The translations under genes were made by a program, and so were the position numbers. Positions 24,566-38,001 of a stretch of 64,000 bases of DNA are shown here, piece after piece. Source of the stretch: Octopus sinensis. Taxonomy: Eukaryota. The notes beneath the pieces are model-generated. The model ran no database searches. It saw nothing but the letters and a program-made list of their open reading frames with translations, and had not been told where the DNA came from. The stretch spans positions 46,748,001-46,812,000 of the forward strand of contig NC_043004.1 in the NCBI RefSeq assembly GCF_006345805.1. The letters are read 5' to 3'. Position 1 is the first letter of the stretch, and each line of letters begins with the position of its first letter.

Positions 24566-26086
24566 AATATTTAAAATATCGGAGTATTCAATATATAGAA
24601 CTCGCAGACATATTCTACACCATTAACTTATAACTAATTTCAGCACAAAGGATTCGGAAATGGGATTAATAGTTGGTCCTTATTTTATCGAATACGAAAG
24701 ATGAAAGTCAAAGAAGAATTTAGCGAGATTTGAACTCATATGGATAACAATTGCAAGGCACACTAACGATCAGAGAGTGCCAGTAGAATTTCTTATAAGT
24801 ATAGAACAATTACAAAGTAGCAATCTTGTTAGATCCTTTCAATGAAGCAGAGAGTAACGCATCAGTTTTATTCAAATTCCGAGATGTGAAAGCTGTAATG
24901 AAATACAGCAAAGCATTTTGTCTGACGGGCTACCGATTCTGCCGGCTCGCAACCTTACCTCTCCAATATTATGAGAAAATGAAACCTGTATATACTTCAC
25001 ACAATTAACAGCCAATAAAATAACACAACAGCCTAACCAAAAGGTTTTCTTTATATCACAATCGGATTCTATGGCACAACACAGTCATAGAGTGTGCAAT
25101 AACTAACAACAATTTAGACAATTTATGTTTAAATAATCGTCAACTGATAATCGAACACAACGTAATTTGTACGATTAATGAATACACTTGCCCCATTATA
25201 TTTCGAGCAAAACTAAATGACAAAAAATATATTCCTCCTGAGTTATTCTAACGTGTTGTTAATGTTATTCACTTTGTTAAATGTATCTAACGCTTGATAT
25301 AGCCATTAGAAAGAGCAGATGTCACTTAATATACATAGGGAAGCATTATCCTGAATCATTTATTATCGACGTTTCATTGACGGCATCATATGATGTGACG
25401 TAAATTGTCCAGCGTTTGTCAGTTTCAGAAACCAATTTCATTATCGGTAATTGACAGGAGACAGATGTTCAGAGACTATGATTTCGAAAGTTTAGACTAA
25501 TATGTTAGAAGATATGAGAATACATGCAAAATACAGGTGGGTGTAAGGGGTTGATTATTTAATTATATTTTGATCATTTACGTGTTTCATTCATTGGGCT
25601 ACGACCATGCTTGAGTACCACCTTGCATCTTATACGTAAACAAATCGCGGCGAAAAGTAAATTAGTACTTGCTGCCCAGATCAGGTGAAGCATAGTCTAA
25701 AGGGCGAAATGCTTATGAACCTCAGCTACCTTCCGAAAATGAAATAGGATTTCTTGTATCGTGATGGGATTAAAAGAAGAGCTTGCAAAACCTCTGAGTA
25801 GTTTGCATAATTTCTGTGAGGGCTAAAACATCCATGATATTTATTGCAACTTTATTTTTTGTCAGGTAATTGTTTAATCGACACCTTATGGTGAAGTACA
25901 AAATTATGATGAGTGTAAACAAACTAATACCTGTAATCAAGCGGTGGTGGGCAGAGAAAACACAAGCACCTTCATATGCAACATACATAAACATGCATGT
26001 AGGTGCATACATATCTGTTTGCATACATATATACATACATACATAATACATACAAACATACATAAATACATACATACATAATACAC

Positions 26087-26162
<76 letters not shown>

Positions 26163-26366
26163 TATATACATATATATAAATATATTTGAGTGTGAGTCTC
26201 GTTGGGTATATTGATATGTAATACGAAACTTGCACATCGTTTAACACTACGCTTATCGTAAAGATGCCACACAACTACAGATTAGAGACTGATGCCAGCA
26301 TTGTATGTGCTAGCTGCATTGATCAGGTAATGAATGAAATGTTAACAATGTTAATCTGAAATATAC

Positions 26367-26407
<41 letters not shown>

Positions 26408-26409
<2 letters not shown>

Positions 26410-26782
26410 AACCGCATGGTTCAAGGTTCAGTCCCATTGCGTGACAGCTTGGGCGAGTATCTCCTACTATAGCCACGGGCCGACTGAAGTCCTCTGAGAG
26501 GATTTGGTAGATGGAAACTGAAAGAATCCTGTCGTATATATATGAATGTGTGTATTTATACATACGTATATGTGGATATGCTTGTGTCTGTGTTTGTTCC
26601 CCCACCATCGCTTGAAAACCGATGTTGGCGTGTCTGCGTACCCGTAACATAGCGGTTCGGCAAAAGAGATCGATAGAATAAGTAATAGGCTTACAAAGAA
26701 TAAGTTCTGGGATCGATTCGTTCGACTAAAGGCGGTGTTCTAGCATACCCGCAGTGGAATGAGTGAAACAAATAAAAGAATA
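26408..26782 (+). mobile_element. OK-like SINE, 5' truncated at (AT)n
   Basis: Colinear with 883-1287 from CCAACCGCATGGTTC to GAAACAAATAAAAGA. Confidence 0.85.
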
Positions 26783-29419
26783 TATATTCTTTTATTTTCC
26801 TATCTGTCTTTGTCATTGGACTTTAGACATTCTGGAACTCCACCTTAAAGGATTTCCGTCGCAGAAACCGACCTCAGGTTTTATTCTATTTCAGCCATTA
26901 CACACACTGATTTCTCCTAGATTATATGATTTATTATGTATACTGTCGACAATTCAGTAAAACCTGATAAAGATTAGTCCTTTTACTTTGTATTTAAAAG
27001 AAAATTTATGATTGTTTTGCAGAAACTATACTTTGTTAACGGTAAATGATCCGAAGTTCTACTCGCGAAATTCAAGGGCTAGCCCAGACATATGATGGAA
27101 AGATTAAGTTGTTTAAATTACGGAGATTGTACTTAGTCAGTTATGGATATCATGTCGATAATTATATCAAATCCACACTAATGTCAGTTATATACCCATT
27201 AAAATATTTAGTCATACTAATACCATAGTCTATATATAACTGCTAATTTAAATTGTCATGTCGTATACTGAAATTTATAATTATAGACTGAGGCTCCATC
27301 ATGTGCTGAGATTCCTAATATAATGCAGAATGTCTCATTGCTATATCTTTCTTCCACATTACATTTTGACGGAACTCCAATTTCAGAACTTCATTCATCA
27401 CCTTCATTACGTTGACGAGAAATCATTCAGGTACGTGGAGATTTGTAGTTTGACGTAAAAGTACTTACTCCCTCTGTGAAAAATTAATTAACACAATGAT
27501 TAGGATATTTGCTTTGGAGATTACACAAATACAAAATGACAGGTTTGTACATGATGTGTTCCTTGTCTAATATTATGTGTAGAATTTGAAATCCCTAATA
27601 TGGCAGATTTCCAATACACGACTGGGATAATTTTTGACACGAAGTACATAGATTAACAATTTTTGTGGTGTCGGAATGAACTTAACCATTAACGTCGATA
27701 TATCCATGTATCCAGTTGTCTGCAATATTAGTTATTATAATCAATCAAACTATTCCTTCAATAGAGTATATCTAATAGATCTCTCCCACCTAGAAAAAAA
27801 TCGAAATTATATCTTCTCGGAATCAATAAAATGCAATACTGGTGCAGGACGAATTTCCTTCAAACGTGATTCGGGGGGAACCAAACGTCTCATGTAATAC
27901 ATATATCTAACTTGCGTTTTTCATTTGCAGTTATACGTTTTAGATGGTACTAATTATTTTGTATTTAAATAATTCATGCATTTTAGAAAATGGCCTCTTA
28001 ATCAACAAGCTTTTTAAAAATTTAATAATCATGCTGATCTCTTAATGGTTGTAATGCTTTGTGATTACTATAAAACTATATCTCAAAGAATCTAACTAAA
28101 ATATGTAAGTATGCATTGAAAAGTATGTTACACAAAAGAGCCACGAACGCCCTACTGGATCTGCTCTGTGGGTTTAAATGGACGATGCGATTGTTTGAAG
28201 AAATAGAGAAGAGCACTTACCTTTGCCATACTCATGATACATACAGAAAAGCAATCGTTATGCCCATTCGCATATTTGTTAACTGAAGTATAATTCCCGC
28301 CAAACAAACATAAGACTTTGCACTAAATCTAAACGAATACCCATCAAATGTGATGTACCGGTGCCAGTTACCTGTCCGCTAAATACTGCACTTGTTTCCG
28401 TACATGAAAAAATGTAGAGCAATGAAGTTGGATTTGAAGAATTCCTTTATGTGTTAAAGGTTCTTGATTATTTTAAACAAGATCGTTTACTTGATCTTAT
28501 TAAATATGAATTTATGTCTTAAGAGATGCGACACACTTCATAATTGAATAGAACTAAGTAGTTAACCAAAATCACAAGTGACTGTTAATCGACGTCTATA
28601 TCTTAATTTTATTCTGCTTTAGATTCTACGCTTTGCTTTGCTATTACTAATGATGTCACGGTAGCGTAAGCCTTCATAAATTATCCTCTTTTCTATATAT
28701 AGTTTGATTGGTGGCATTGTGCTGGCAATTCGTAGGACGAGCATCATTAGAAAGCTAGAGTATTTCTAGAGTATTACAATTTAGTTAATGCTTGACAGTT
28801 GTCTACTATACGCAAATATTCGCGATGTAAAACATGCGCTTTTAGCCTGAAAGAATTCAGTACAAGATCTTTCGAGATCTCAGCTTTATTAGCAAACTCA
28901 CACAGTATGCAAACACAATTTAAGAAATATTTGTATTTAACATGACAGTGACCACAAACTTTCCAGTCACTGGCTAACAACGTCATTTTGTATGTATGCC
29001 AATAAATGTCTTGCTATATCCCCCAAATATTTGACCCAAATGCGAAATTGTTACTCTTATGAACTTTCCATATAAAGTTTCATGAACGAAATATTGATTG
29101 AAGCAATACGTGAAATCAATTCATGGGGAATCTAGTAACATTCTAATAGATTTCCAAATGCGGTTGCAACAAACTTAACAGGCAGATATTCTATAAAAAC
29201 GGTTGGGACATTATTTGAGCAAAATTTGTAAGGTAATATGAATATATAAAAGAAAAGGGATAAGATATTTCTTTACCGTTTGGAGTTGGTTTCACAATGT
29301 AAACTATTTAGAGAAAGCTTCCTCGTTTTCAAAACAGAACAGGAATATACAGGGAGTTGTAAGAAATGTGTTACCGTCAGATCTTTCTAGATTATTTTGT
29401 CTCGTCCTTCAAAATATTC

Positions 29420-29735
29420 TTTTCTCCTCTAGGTACAAGGTCCGAAATATTGGGGTAGGGGGAAAGTCGATTAGATCGATCCAGTACGCAGCTGGTACAT
29501 CGAAAGGATGAAAGGCAAAGTCGACATCGGCGAAATTTGAACTCAGCACTGAAAGACAGAAGAAATCCCGCTAAGCACTTCGCCCGGCGTGCTAACGTTT
29601 CTTATTTCTTTATTGCCTACATAGGGGGCTAAACATAGAGGGAGATAAACAAGTACAGACAAAGGGATTAAGTTGATTACATCGACCCTAGTATGTAACT
29701 GGTACTTAATTTATCGACCCCGAAATGATGAAAGG
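29420..29735 (-). mobile_element. two abutting partial OR-like SINEs
   Basis: GAAAGGATGAAAGGCAAAGTCGAC..GGCGAAATTTGAACTCAG...CGCCCGGCGTGCTAACG, followed by ATTTCTTTATTGCC...GGTACTTAATTTATCGACCCCGAAA. Confidence 0.75.
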
Positions 29736-31116
29736 ATAAAAAGAAAATTACACCAATGAGTCCTTCGAATTTAACTGAATTCTATATTCTTATGTAACTG
29801 AAGGTTGCTCTACATTTTAAATTGATGTAATGTTTGCATTGTTCAATTAAATGTAGTCGCATGAAACGATAAATGTGCACTTCTTATGTATACATATAAT
29901 ATATACTTAAATGTCCAGTTACAATATACACTGATCACATAAATAAATCTTTTTGATATTTTTTGTAGGATTTTTATAATGTCTATATGTACGTATGTAC
30001 ATTTATATGGGCATATATGCCCTTAGGCCGGTATATAAGCCTTAATTTACCAGCATAAGTGTAAATATGTGTGAGTATTGTATGTGTAAAAGGTATATAG
30101 CAGGATATTGGTAGGTATGCATGTATTCGTACGTACATTACGGTCTGTATGTGTAAATATTGTTGTTTGTATATGTTAGTTTATGTATGTATATTTACGT
30201 AAGTATTCATTTGTATGCGCTTTTTTATCTACTAACAAACGTGTGGATATGTACATCGGACTGTACCGGTATGTATACACATAAACCTATGTATGTAAGA
30301 CAAACATTTGATTGTACATATTCATGTATATCTGATGTCAACCAATTTATTTCTTATTTAAAAAAAAACATATGTACGATCGGTTTTTTTTTCAATTCAT
30401 CATTATCTCTCCTACACCACATCAAACTCATATACCTCTCTTCAGTTTTTTATGATAAATTTCTCTACAATTATATTAATAATATAAATAATAATTTTTT
30501 GCTATTTACTAAAAACAAAAACTTTTTTATACCGCTCTCTAGAATTATATACGTTTAGCTGCTGCTAACGTAATTAAATTCCCACTCATCTTCAATTTTA
30601 CTTTTAACATTTAGTATCTACTCCAAAACCTTCTTATAACTTTTCTATACTCTGACTAGATAATAAATTGCGAAATATTATACGCATTTTTTCTATGAAT
30701 AGAATATCTATTATTTACAATAAATAATTTAATTATAAATATTATAAGCCTGGAATTATTAGTGATTACTATCAAGCATTTTTTCTAATTATTTATTAAG
30801 TCGTAATGACATTTTTTTTGCATTTGAAAATTCTGTACTTCTTTATATGTATTTCCTATCCTAACATAATACAGACTCACCAGTTATTTTACTTCTTTTA
30901 CATAAGTTTAGATAAGCACATATATAGGAACCCATAGAGAGAATGTCAGCGTTTGACGCATATTTGCCATTTGAATATGGCTAACTCCTAAGGGTGGATG
31001 CTACTGTAGTTTGTAGCCCCAGGAAGATATCTCCCCCAGCTGGCTATAGACACACTATCTGTGCCCTATCAGTATTTGTGAAGGGAAGTCATCCTTCCCG
31101 TCTTCAACTTATGATA

Positions 31117-31161
31117 CACACGGACTCGAGTTTCAAGGTGTTTACCTATCATCAGCGTGTG
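31117..31161 (-). ncRNA. Minimal type I hammerhead ribozyme motif
   Basis: Minus strand reads CACACG-CUGAUGA-U AGGU AAAC ACCU U-GAAA-CUCGAG-UC^CGUGUG. Perfect 6-bp stem I, 4-bp stem II (with a non-canonical U-U at its base), palindromic stem III ACUCGAGU, GUC triplet. Confidence 0.85.
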
Positions 31162-31497
31162 ACAATCATAGTTGAAACTCGAGTCCGTGTGTATCATAAG
31201 TTGAAGACGGGAAGGATGACTTCCCTTCACGAATACTGATAGGGCACAGATAGTGTGTCTATAGCCAGCTGGAGGAGATATCTTCCTGGGGCTACAAACT
31301 ACAGTAGCATCCACCCTTAGGGGTTAGCCATATTCAAATTGCAAATATGCGTCACGATGTGTTACCGCTACTGTTTATAACTCGCTCTGAGATTTATCAT
31401 TGTTCGATTTCATTTTTTCAATATCAGTGTCAATCGACACTGGAAAAAGTATATGTATTTGTGAGGGAAACTGAATTCTCGTCACAACTATGATTGT

Positions 31498-31542
31498 CAC
31501 ACGCTGATGATAGGTAAACACCTTGAAACTAAAGTCAGTGTG
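31498..31542 (+). ncRNA. Mutated hammerhead copy
   Basis: CACACG-CTGATGA-TAGGTAAACACCTT-GAAA-CTAAAG-TC-AGTGTG. The stem III palindrome is broken (CG to AA) and the first stem I pair is lost. Confidence 0.7.
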
Positions 31543-32059
31543 TATCATAAGTTGAAGACAGGAAGGATGACTTCCCTTCACAAATACTTATAGTGTGTCT
31601 ATAGCCAGCTTGAGGAGATATCTTCCTGGAGCTACAAACTACAGTAGCATCCACCCTTAGGGGTTAGCCATACTCAAATGGCAAATATGCGTCACGATGT
31701 GTTACCGCTACTGTTTATAACTCGCTCTGAGATTTATCATTATATTTCTTAGTCATGTTTAAAATATACACGACTCCAAGAATAAAAACACGTTATAACA
31801 TGATTAATAACACCAAACCTATGTACTTCTAACGTTTTTTTTTAGTTTTTATCCAAGCTACCGACGAGTACTTTCTGACAACTCAGATATTCAATTATGA
31901 TTATCTCTGTCTTTCTGTATGAAACGAATTGTATAGCAACATGATTAATAAAAACTATAATCTAGTTTAACATCTAATCTCCTCCACTTACATAAATAGG
32001 AATGAATGAATTTGAAGAATTCTGTTTAATAAGGTAAATCATATACTTTATATATATAT

Positions 32060-32099
<40 letters not shown>

Positions 32100-32399
32100 A
32101 CGTGACCGACCAGGCCATCAGATGTTGCTACACATCGCTGGTTACAATGCGCTTCGCATTGTTTTAGCCTTCAAATGACGCCACCCCGCTGGCTAAGTGA
32201 GCAGGCCAACAGAAGAAAGAGTGAGGGAAAGTTGTGGTGAAAGAGTACAGCAGGGATCGCCACCACCCCCTGCTGGAGCCTTGTGGAGCTTTAGGTGTTT
32301 TCGCTCAATAAACACACACAACTCCCGGTCTGAGAAACGAAACCGCGATCCTACAACCACGAGTCCGCTGCTCTAACTACTGGGCCATTGCGCCTCCAC
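32100..32399 (-). mobile_element. tRNA-derived SINE (third family), full length
   Basis: Reverse complement of the 46165 family, from GTGGAGGCGCAATGGCCCAGTAGTTAGAGC to GGTCGGTCACG. Confidence 0.88.
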
Positions 32400-33567
32400 A
32401 CGCACACACACACACACATACACACATATATATATTTATATAATCAAAATAAGCAACAAGGATTTCCTTGTTGCTTATTTTGATTATAATCACCCCATTT
32501 TGAATTATATGGATAATACCATACGAAATTCTGATGCCTTTAACTTAAGTACCATATTCAACTGATATATATACACACACACAAAGAGAAGTCGAGAGAG
32601 GAGCAGGGAGAGAAATAGTAGAGCTAGTCCTTCCCTGCTCAACATATATACTAGCAGAACTATACATTTAATCTGTCAGCTGCAGCACGAACACACACAT
32701 AACCTTTACGGTAAGTGAAGATGGTTCGTCACATAAATCTATGTCACTTCCTTCTTTAGAATTTAATTATTCTTTACATCAGTCCATTTTCAATATACTT
32801 TGAGGTTGCCATATGTATTTATGTCGAATCTAATCTTGGATGACCTGTATACAATTTGCCGTCTAAATTATTTCATTTTGATATTCAATAATCTGTTTTT
32901 GCCTCTTCCCCGTAACAATAATTTTAACCCGCGGTTCTATCTCCAATGTTCTTCTTCGTCTCCAGATATTTAGTTTATATACATTTAAACATTTAGTTTG
33001 TTAACCACCTTGAATGAAAATATTCTACACCCTTTATTCGCATATTCAAGCTTCACAAGTGTCACAGTTTAATTTAATGGTTAAACTATCAGATGTATCA
33101 ATCAGCAGATAATCATAAAAATGTGAAATATTTCATTGTTATTCTTTAAGATATCATATTTATTATATTTGTATATTTACTGTATATGTATGTGTTTTAT
33201 TTGTGTAGATATAAATATTATTCCTTGGTATTAACACTGCATCTCGTGCAATTCAATTTAATATGCCCACTGGATACTCGGGGCACCAGTGCATCGACAG
33301 ACACTGACATTCTATTACGGGAGACTACTGGTGGACGCTGCTATCACTATCAACGGGCTGCAGCCATTGGCAAGGCCAAAGAAGATTGAAATCACGTGAT
33401 TTTCAGACCCAGCGTCGATTACAGACGATTATTTCCTGTTAGCCATATAAAAACGAGTGCTTCTAGGCATGTGCGAGAATCTCTGATGATAAATATAGCA
33501 CTAGCTTATATTCTAGCAGAACTCCCAAATTTAGGTGATTAAAAATATTCGCTATAAATTACAGATC

Positions 33568-33658
<91 letters not shown>

Positions 33659-33730
33659 GGTGTGTGCATATGTGTGTGCACATATATGTATATGTGTGTG
33701 CGCGTGTGTGTGTATATATATATATATATA

Positions 33731-34110
33731 TTCTTTTATCTTTTATTTCTTTAACTCGTTTCAGTCATTTGACTGCAGCCATGCTGGAGCACCGACTTTA
33801 GTCGAGCAACTCGACCACAAGACTTATTCTTTGTAAGCCCAGTACTATTCTATCGGTCACTTTTGCCGAACCGTGACGGGGACATAAACACACTAGCATC
33901 GGTTGTCAAACAATGCTAGGGGGACAAACACACACGCATATATACATATATACGACAGGCTTCTATCAGTTTCCGTCTATCAAATCCACTCACAAGGCTT
34001 TGGTCAACCCGAGATTATAGAAGAAGAAACTTGCCCAAGGTACCACGAAGTGGGACTGAACCCGGAACCATGTGGTTGGTAAGCAAGCTACTTACCACAC
34101 AGCCACTCTT
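33731..34110 (-). mobile_element. OK-like SINE, full length
   Basis: Reverse complement of the 883-1287 family (AGAGTGGCTGTGTGGTAAGTAGCTTGC...GAAACGAGTTAAAGAAATAAAAGA). Confidence 0.88.
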
Positions 34111-34119
34111 GCGCCTATA

Positions 34120-34177
<58 letters not shown>

Positions 34178-34843
34178 ATTCAATCAATTTCAAACTATCA
34201 AAATCGTCCACATTAAACAATATATATACATGCGTTCATATATATGAGTTCTGATAAAAGTTATGGGAATTTATAAACACTTACGAAAATTTATAAATAT
34301 ATAAAAAGTCATAAATATATAAAAAGTTACAAACAAATTTAAATTCATAAATATATAAACACATAAATATAAGTACATAGATGTACTTGCTAAGTCCGAA
34401 TGTCCGTATTAGAAACACTATGGAGGATAGATAAGAAAATCAGTATAAAATGATTCGTGAGGAATCATTATGGCCGTTTCGAGAAGATAGGTTGATATGG
34501 TCGAGGTAAATCCAACCATAGCAATTATCTATACTTCACTCATCAGAGTTAAGGGATTCAATGAGTTAAGATTTTAAGCGATATGAGAGGTTTGAGAATT
34601 AAAAAAAATATTTAGTTTAATCATATACTTCATGCTGATGATGTAATTAAAATCTTAATTATATGTATATTTTATATTGTATACTGTGGAGAATTTCGAT
34701 AATTTGAATATTTTCAGAGACCTTTGAAATTATTCCTATTCTTCTAATTTTTATATACTCCTGAAGCTCCATTGGAGCTCTAATTTGTTGGACTGTATAA
34801 AGTGGATAACTATACTATTTATTTCTTCATTATTATATATATC

Positions 34844-34974
<131 letters not shown>

Positions 34975-35029
34975 TGGTGTATCAAAAGCCTTGCAATATT
35001 TTGGTAAATTATTTGCTTTATTCGTTGAG

Positions 35030-35640
35030 TTACAACAAAAGCAGCGAACCATTTTTAGTTGAGGCACCGTATGGCATCGTCTGAATCCCACGCTCATGCC
35101 AGGACTTGCCTTCCATGGTGAACATTTCATTCACTGAAGCTGCCAACTCCTTTCGGTTGATACATCGTCGCGAGTGTAGACCGAAATAAGTAATAATACG
35201 GGGTAGCTAGATCCGAACTACATGTTGCTGGTAACATCAGTTCCATTCTCTAAAGTTCTTGGAGTTTATTCAGGGTCGTTCCGTCTGTTCGAGTTCTTGT
35301 GCTGTCATGCTGTAGACGAGCCTATCTTTTGTATCTTTTGTACATCTGCTCAAGTTCTTTGGGGGTACACATTCGCATAGATGGTTTCACCGACTGGAAC
35401 GAACTTGTGCTGAATTATTACCTCATAATCCTAGCAGCGCATGGAATTATCCTGTGTCCGAAACGCCCATGTTTGGCCACAGTTTCTGATAGTCATGCAT
35501 CACCACTGCTTATGCACGTTATCCTTGCGGGAAAATATCCCACTCGGATTATCACTTGTTCCGATTCGTGATTTATCCAAGAGTGGAGGTGGGGATATTC
35601 ATGGACGATTTCGTTTCCTTCAAGGATAGGAATTTAATTC
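35030..35640 (-). pseudogene. mariner (DD34D) transposase relic
   Basis: Minus frames give MRC*DYEVIIQHKFVPVGETIYANVY (cf. WWDxxGIIHxELLPxGETI), LQHDSTRTRT..TLNKLQEL, CSSDLATPYYYLFRS (cf. YSPDLAPSDYxLFRS) and GKSWHERGIQ. Confidence 0.8.
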
Positions 35641-35889
35641 TTGTTTGGCTTGAGGCATAGACTGCATACTGATAGAGTTAGAAGAGAACAAATTTGGGAG
35701 AATTATTTATGCTCATGTGTCCAATGGAATATGATGAGCTCCTTTCAGCTCCGTCAACCAAATCTATCTTGAAAGCTTCTGATGGCCCGAGGTTATAGCG
35801 AAAAATATTTGCCAAAGTGCGGAATTGAACCAGACGCCTTGTGGCTGGGGTAAATAATTCTTACTTCACAGCCAGGCCTTCGTCCTGAT

Positions 35890-36330
35890 AAATTTGGTTT
35901 GAAATTTTTTGAGGAAATTTTCTTAGCCAAAAGTCCATCTCCTCTACACCGTACTTGTGTGGGGTAGTACTATTTAGAGTTACTACATCAAATGAAGCGA
36001 TTATGCTATTCCAGTTAAGTTTTTTCGGGAGACGGCTTTAATTTGTAAAACGACTTTAACATTGTGTGAATGGATTTGTTGTCTGTGAGTATCACAAGCT
36101 GGGGCTGCCTCAATTGTTCTTACTTTGAGGAACTTCAAAACTGGCATGTTTATGTAGACTGAGTATGATTCTTTGCAGGACAGCTTTCATTACTTTATTT
36201 TTGTGCATTTTGGGAAGTCCGCAGGAAAAACTGGTCTTGAATGTAATGTTTGGTAGATAATCTAGATAATAGATTTCTGCCTTAGTTAAGCCCTTTCCGT
36301 GATGCACTATGAGAATGTTAATTTTAAGCA
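35890..36330 (-). pseudogene. Penelope-like reverse transcriptase N-terminal relic
   Basis: LTKAEIYYL..ITFKTSFSCGLPKMHKNK (cf. FYGLPKIHK), then IIASFDVVTLNSTTPHKYGVEEMDFWL (cf. SFDVxSLYTNIPH..G.EAI.FWL). Confidence 0.75.
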
Positions 36331-36406
36331 CCGTTCTTTGTTCACTTTGTTAGTTGTTCACAATTTCCTAATGGATGATGATTCACACATTTATGCACAC
36401 ACATTG

Positions 36407-36437
<31 letters not shown>

Positions 36438-36725
36438 AGTAGGTGAATGAATTATCCTAGTATGGATAATTCGGTTAACCGATACCCGGGTAGCAAATTC
36501 AAGTCAGAAAACACGGTTGAAGCTACATGCCAAGGGCAGAAATCCCGTATTCTCGTGTGGAAATTTGTGTGTTTTTTTTTAACTATGAATAAATGAAAGA
36601 ATGGAGTCGAACGACGATTTTAACAAAATTCCTTCGGAATTAAGAATATGCAGTCTTCGAAACATATGTCGAGAGTAAAGGAATTTTGTTAAAATCGTCG
36701 TTCGACTCCATTCTTTCATTTATTC

Positions 36726-36756
<31 letters not shown>

Positions 36757-37208
36757 GTGTGTGTGTGTGTGTAAATATATATATATATACATGTGTGTGT
36801 GTGTGGTGTGTGTGTGTAATTATAAGAGGAGAGCTAGAGAGAGCGAATGCGGCATTTTGTATTGTTCCATATTCATAATGACTACAGGTCTTCTCTTATC
36901 AAAATATAATTATGTTGTTCTATATTTATAAGAACTACAGCATTTCGCTTATCAGCTTCTTTTATATATGTGTTATAATTGTTGAAAAGCACATATTGGG
37001 TTTCATTGTGATGGACTTCGTTTAAGAAATTGTCTAGTATTTTGTTGCTCTCCTCTTTTTCTGTTGTGTCTGGGAAGAGTTTTGTGTGTCTACGTCCCCG
37101 TAAAGTAGCGGTTCTGCAAAAGAGGCCATTAGAATAAGTACTAGGATTAATAAGACCTTAGACAAAAGAAAGAAAGGGACCTCAGTATTATGTAAAAAGA
37201 GGAAATTT

Positions 37209-37363
37209 ATCTGTAAAATAATATGTGACAATTATTCGGTAGCCAAGATAAAACTCTGAGTTGGCCAGATAACTGAACAGATGGTGGTGTGGATTTCCAC
37301 CCCGGCATCCGAAACTCAGAGTTTTATCTTGGCTACCGAATAACTGTCACATATTATTTTACA

Positions 37364-37366
<3 letters not shown>
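37209..37366. mobile_element. fold-back MITE with 54-bp inverted arms
   Basis: 37209-37262 and 37313-37366 are reverse complements with one mismatch and a 50-bp spacer. Confidence 0.8.
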
Positions 37367-37434
<68 letters not shown>

Positions 37435-37664
37435 CGGGTCAGACAAACAGAGAGAGACAAATAGATAGATAGATACATACATATATGCATACATACGTAA
37501 TACATGCATAAATACATAGATAGAAGGACAAGAACGAGAGTAGGTAGGTAGGAAAAGGGAGGAAGATAGGTAGGTTGGAAATTTCGTAGGTAAGTCAGCA
37601 GGCAGCTGAATATCTAGATATACATATATACACGGTTATATGTACATATATACACGTCTATATA

Positions 37665-38001
37665 AAGACCCTCTTCGGTCATGAATGACCATGGGATTGC
37701 ACCTAGAAAGTTACCCTCCTAGACACAAGTCCGGGCAAGGTTGTTTTATGGAAGACCAGCAGTCGCCCATGCATACCAGCCTCCCCTCTCCACGCCACCA
37801 GTGTTATCCAAGGGAAAGACAAAGTTCGATACAGCTTGGCACCATTGACGTCGCAACTCATTTCTACAGCTGAGTGAACTGGAGCAACGTGAAATAAAGT
37901 GCCTTGCTCAAGAAAACAACACGCAGCCCGGTCCGGGATTCGAGCTCACAACCTCACGATCGTAATCTCGACGCTCTAACCACTGAGCCATGCGCCTTCA
38001 C
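37665..38001 (-). mobile_element. tRNA-derived SINE (fourth family) with target-site duplication
   Basis: Minus strand GTGAAGGCGCATGGCTCAGTGGTTAGAGCG (A box) ... GAGCTCGAATCCCGG (B box) ... TTCTTGAGCAAGGCACTTTATTTCACGTTGCTCCAGTTCACTCAGCTG. GTCTATATA is duplicated on both flanks. Confidence 0.85.

Larger units (their letters stand above)
30954..31741. mobile_element. Inverted plus tandem array of a ~351-bp non-coding unit carrying a type I hammerhead ribozyme (Penelope pseudo-LTR / retrozyme-like)
   Basis: 30954-31136 is the reverse complement of 31172-31354 (about 4 mismatches in 183 by eye). TTGAAACT recurs at 31172 and 31523 (period 351). The third copy (31485-31741) has a 12-bp deletion. 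Confidence 0.9.
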
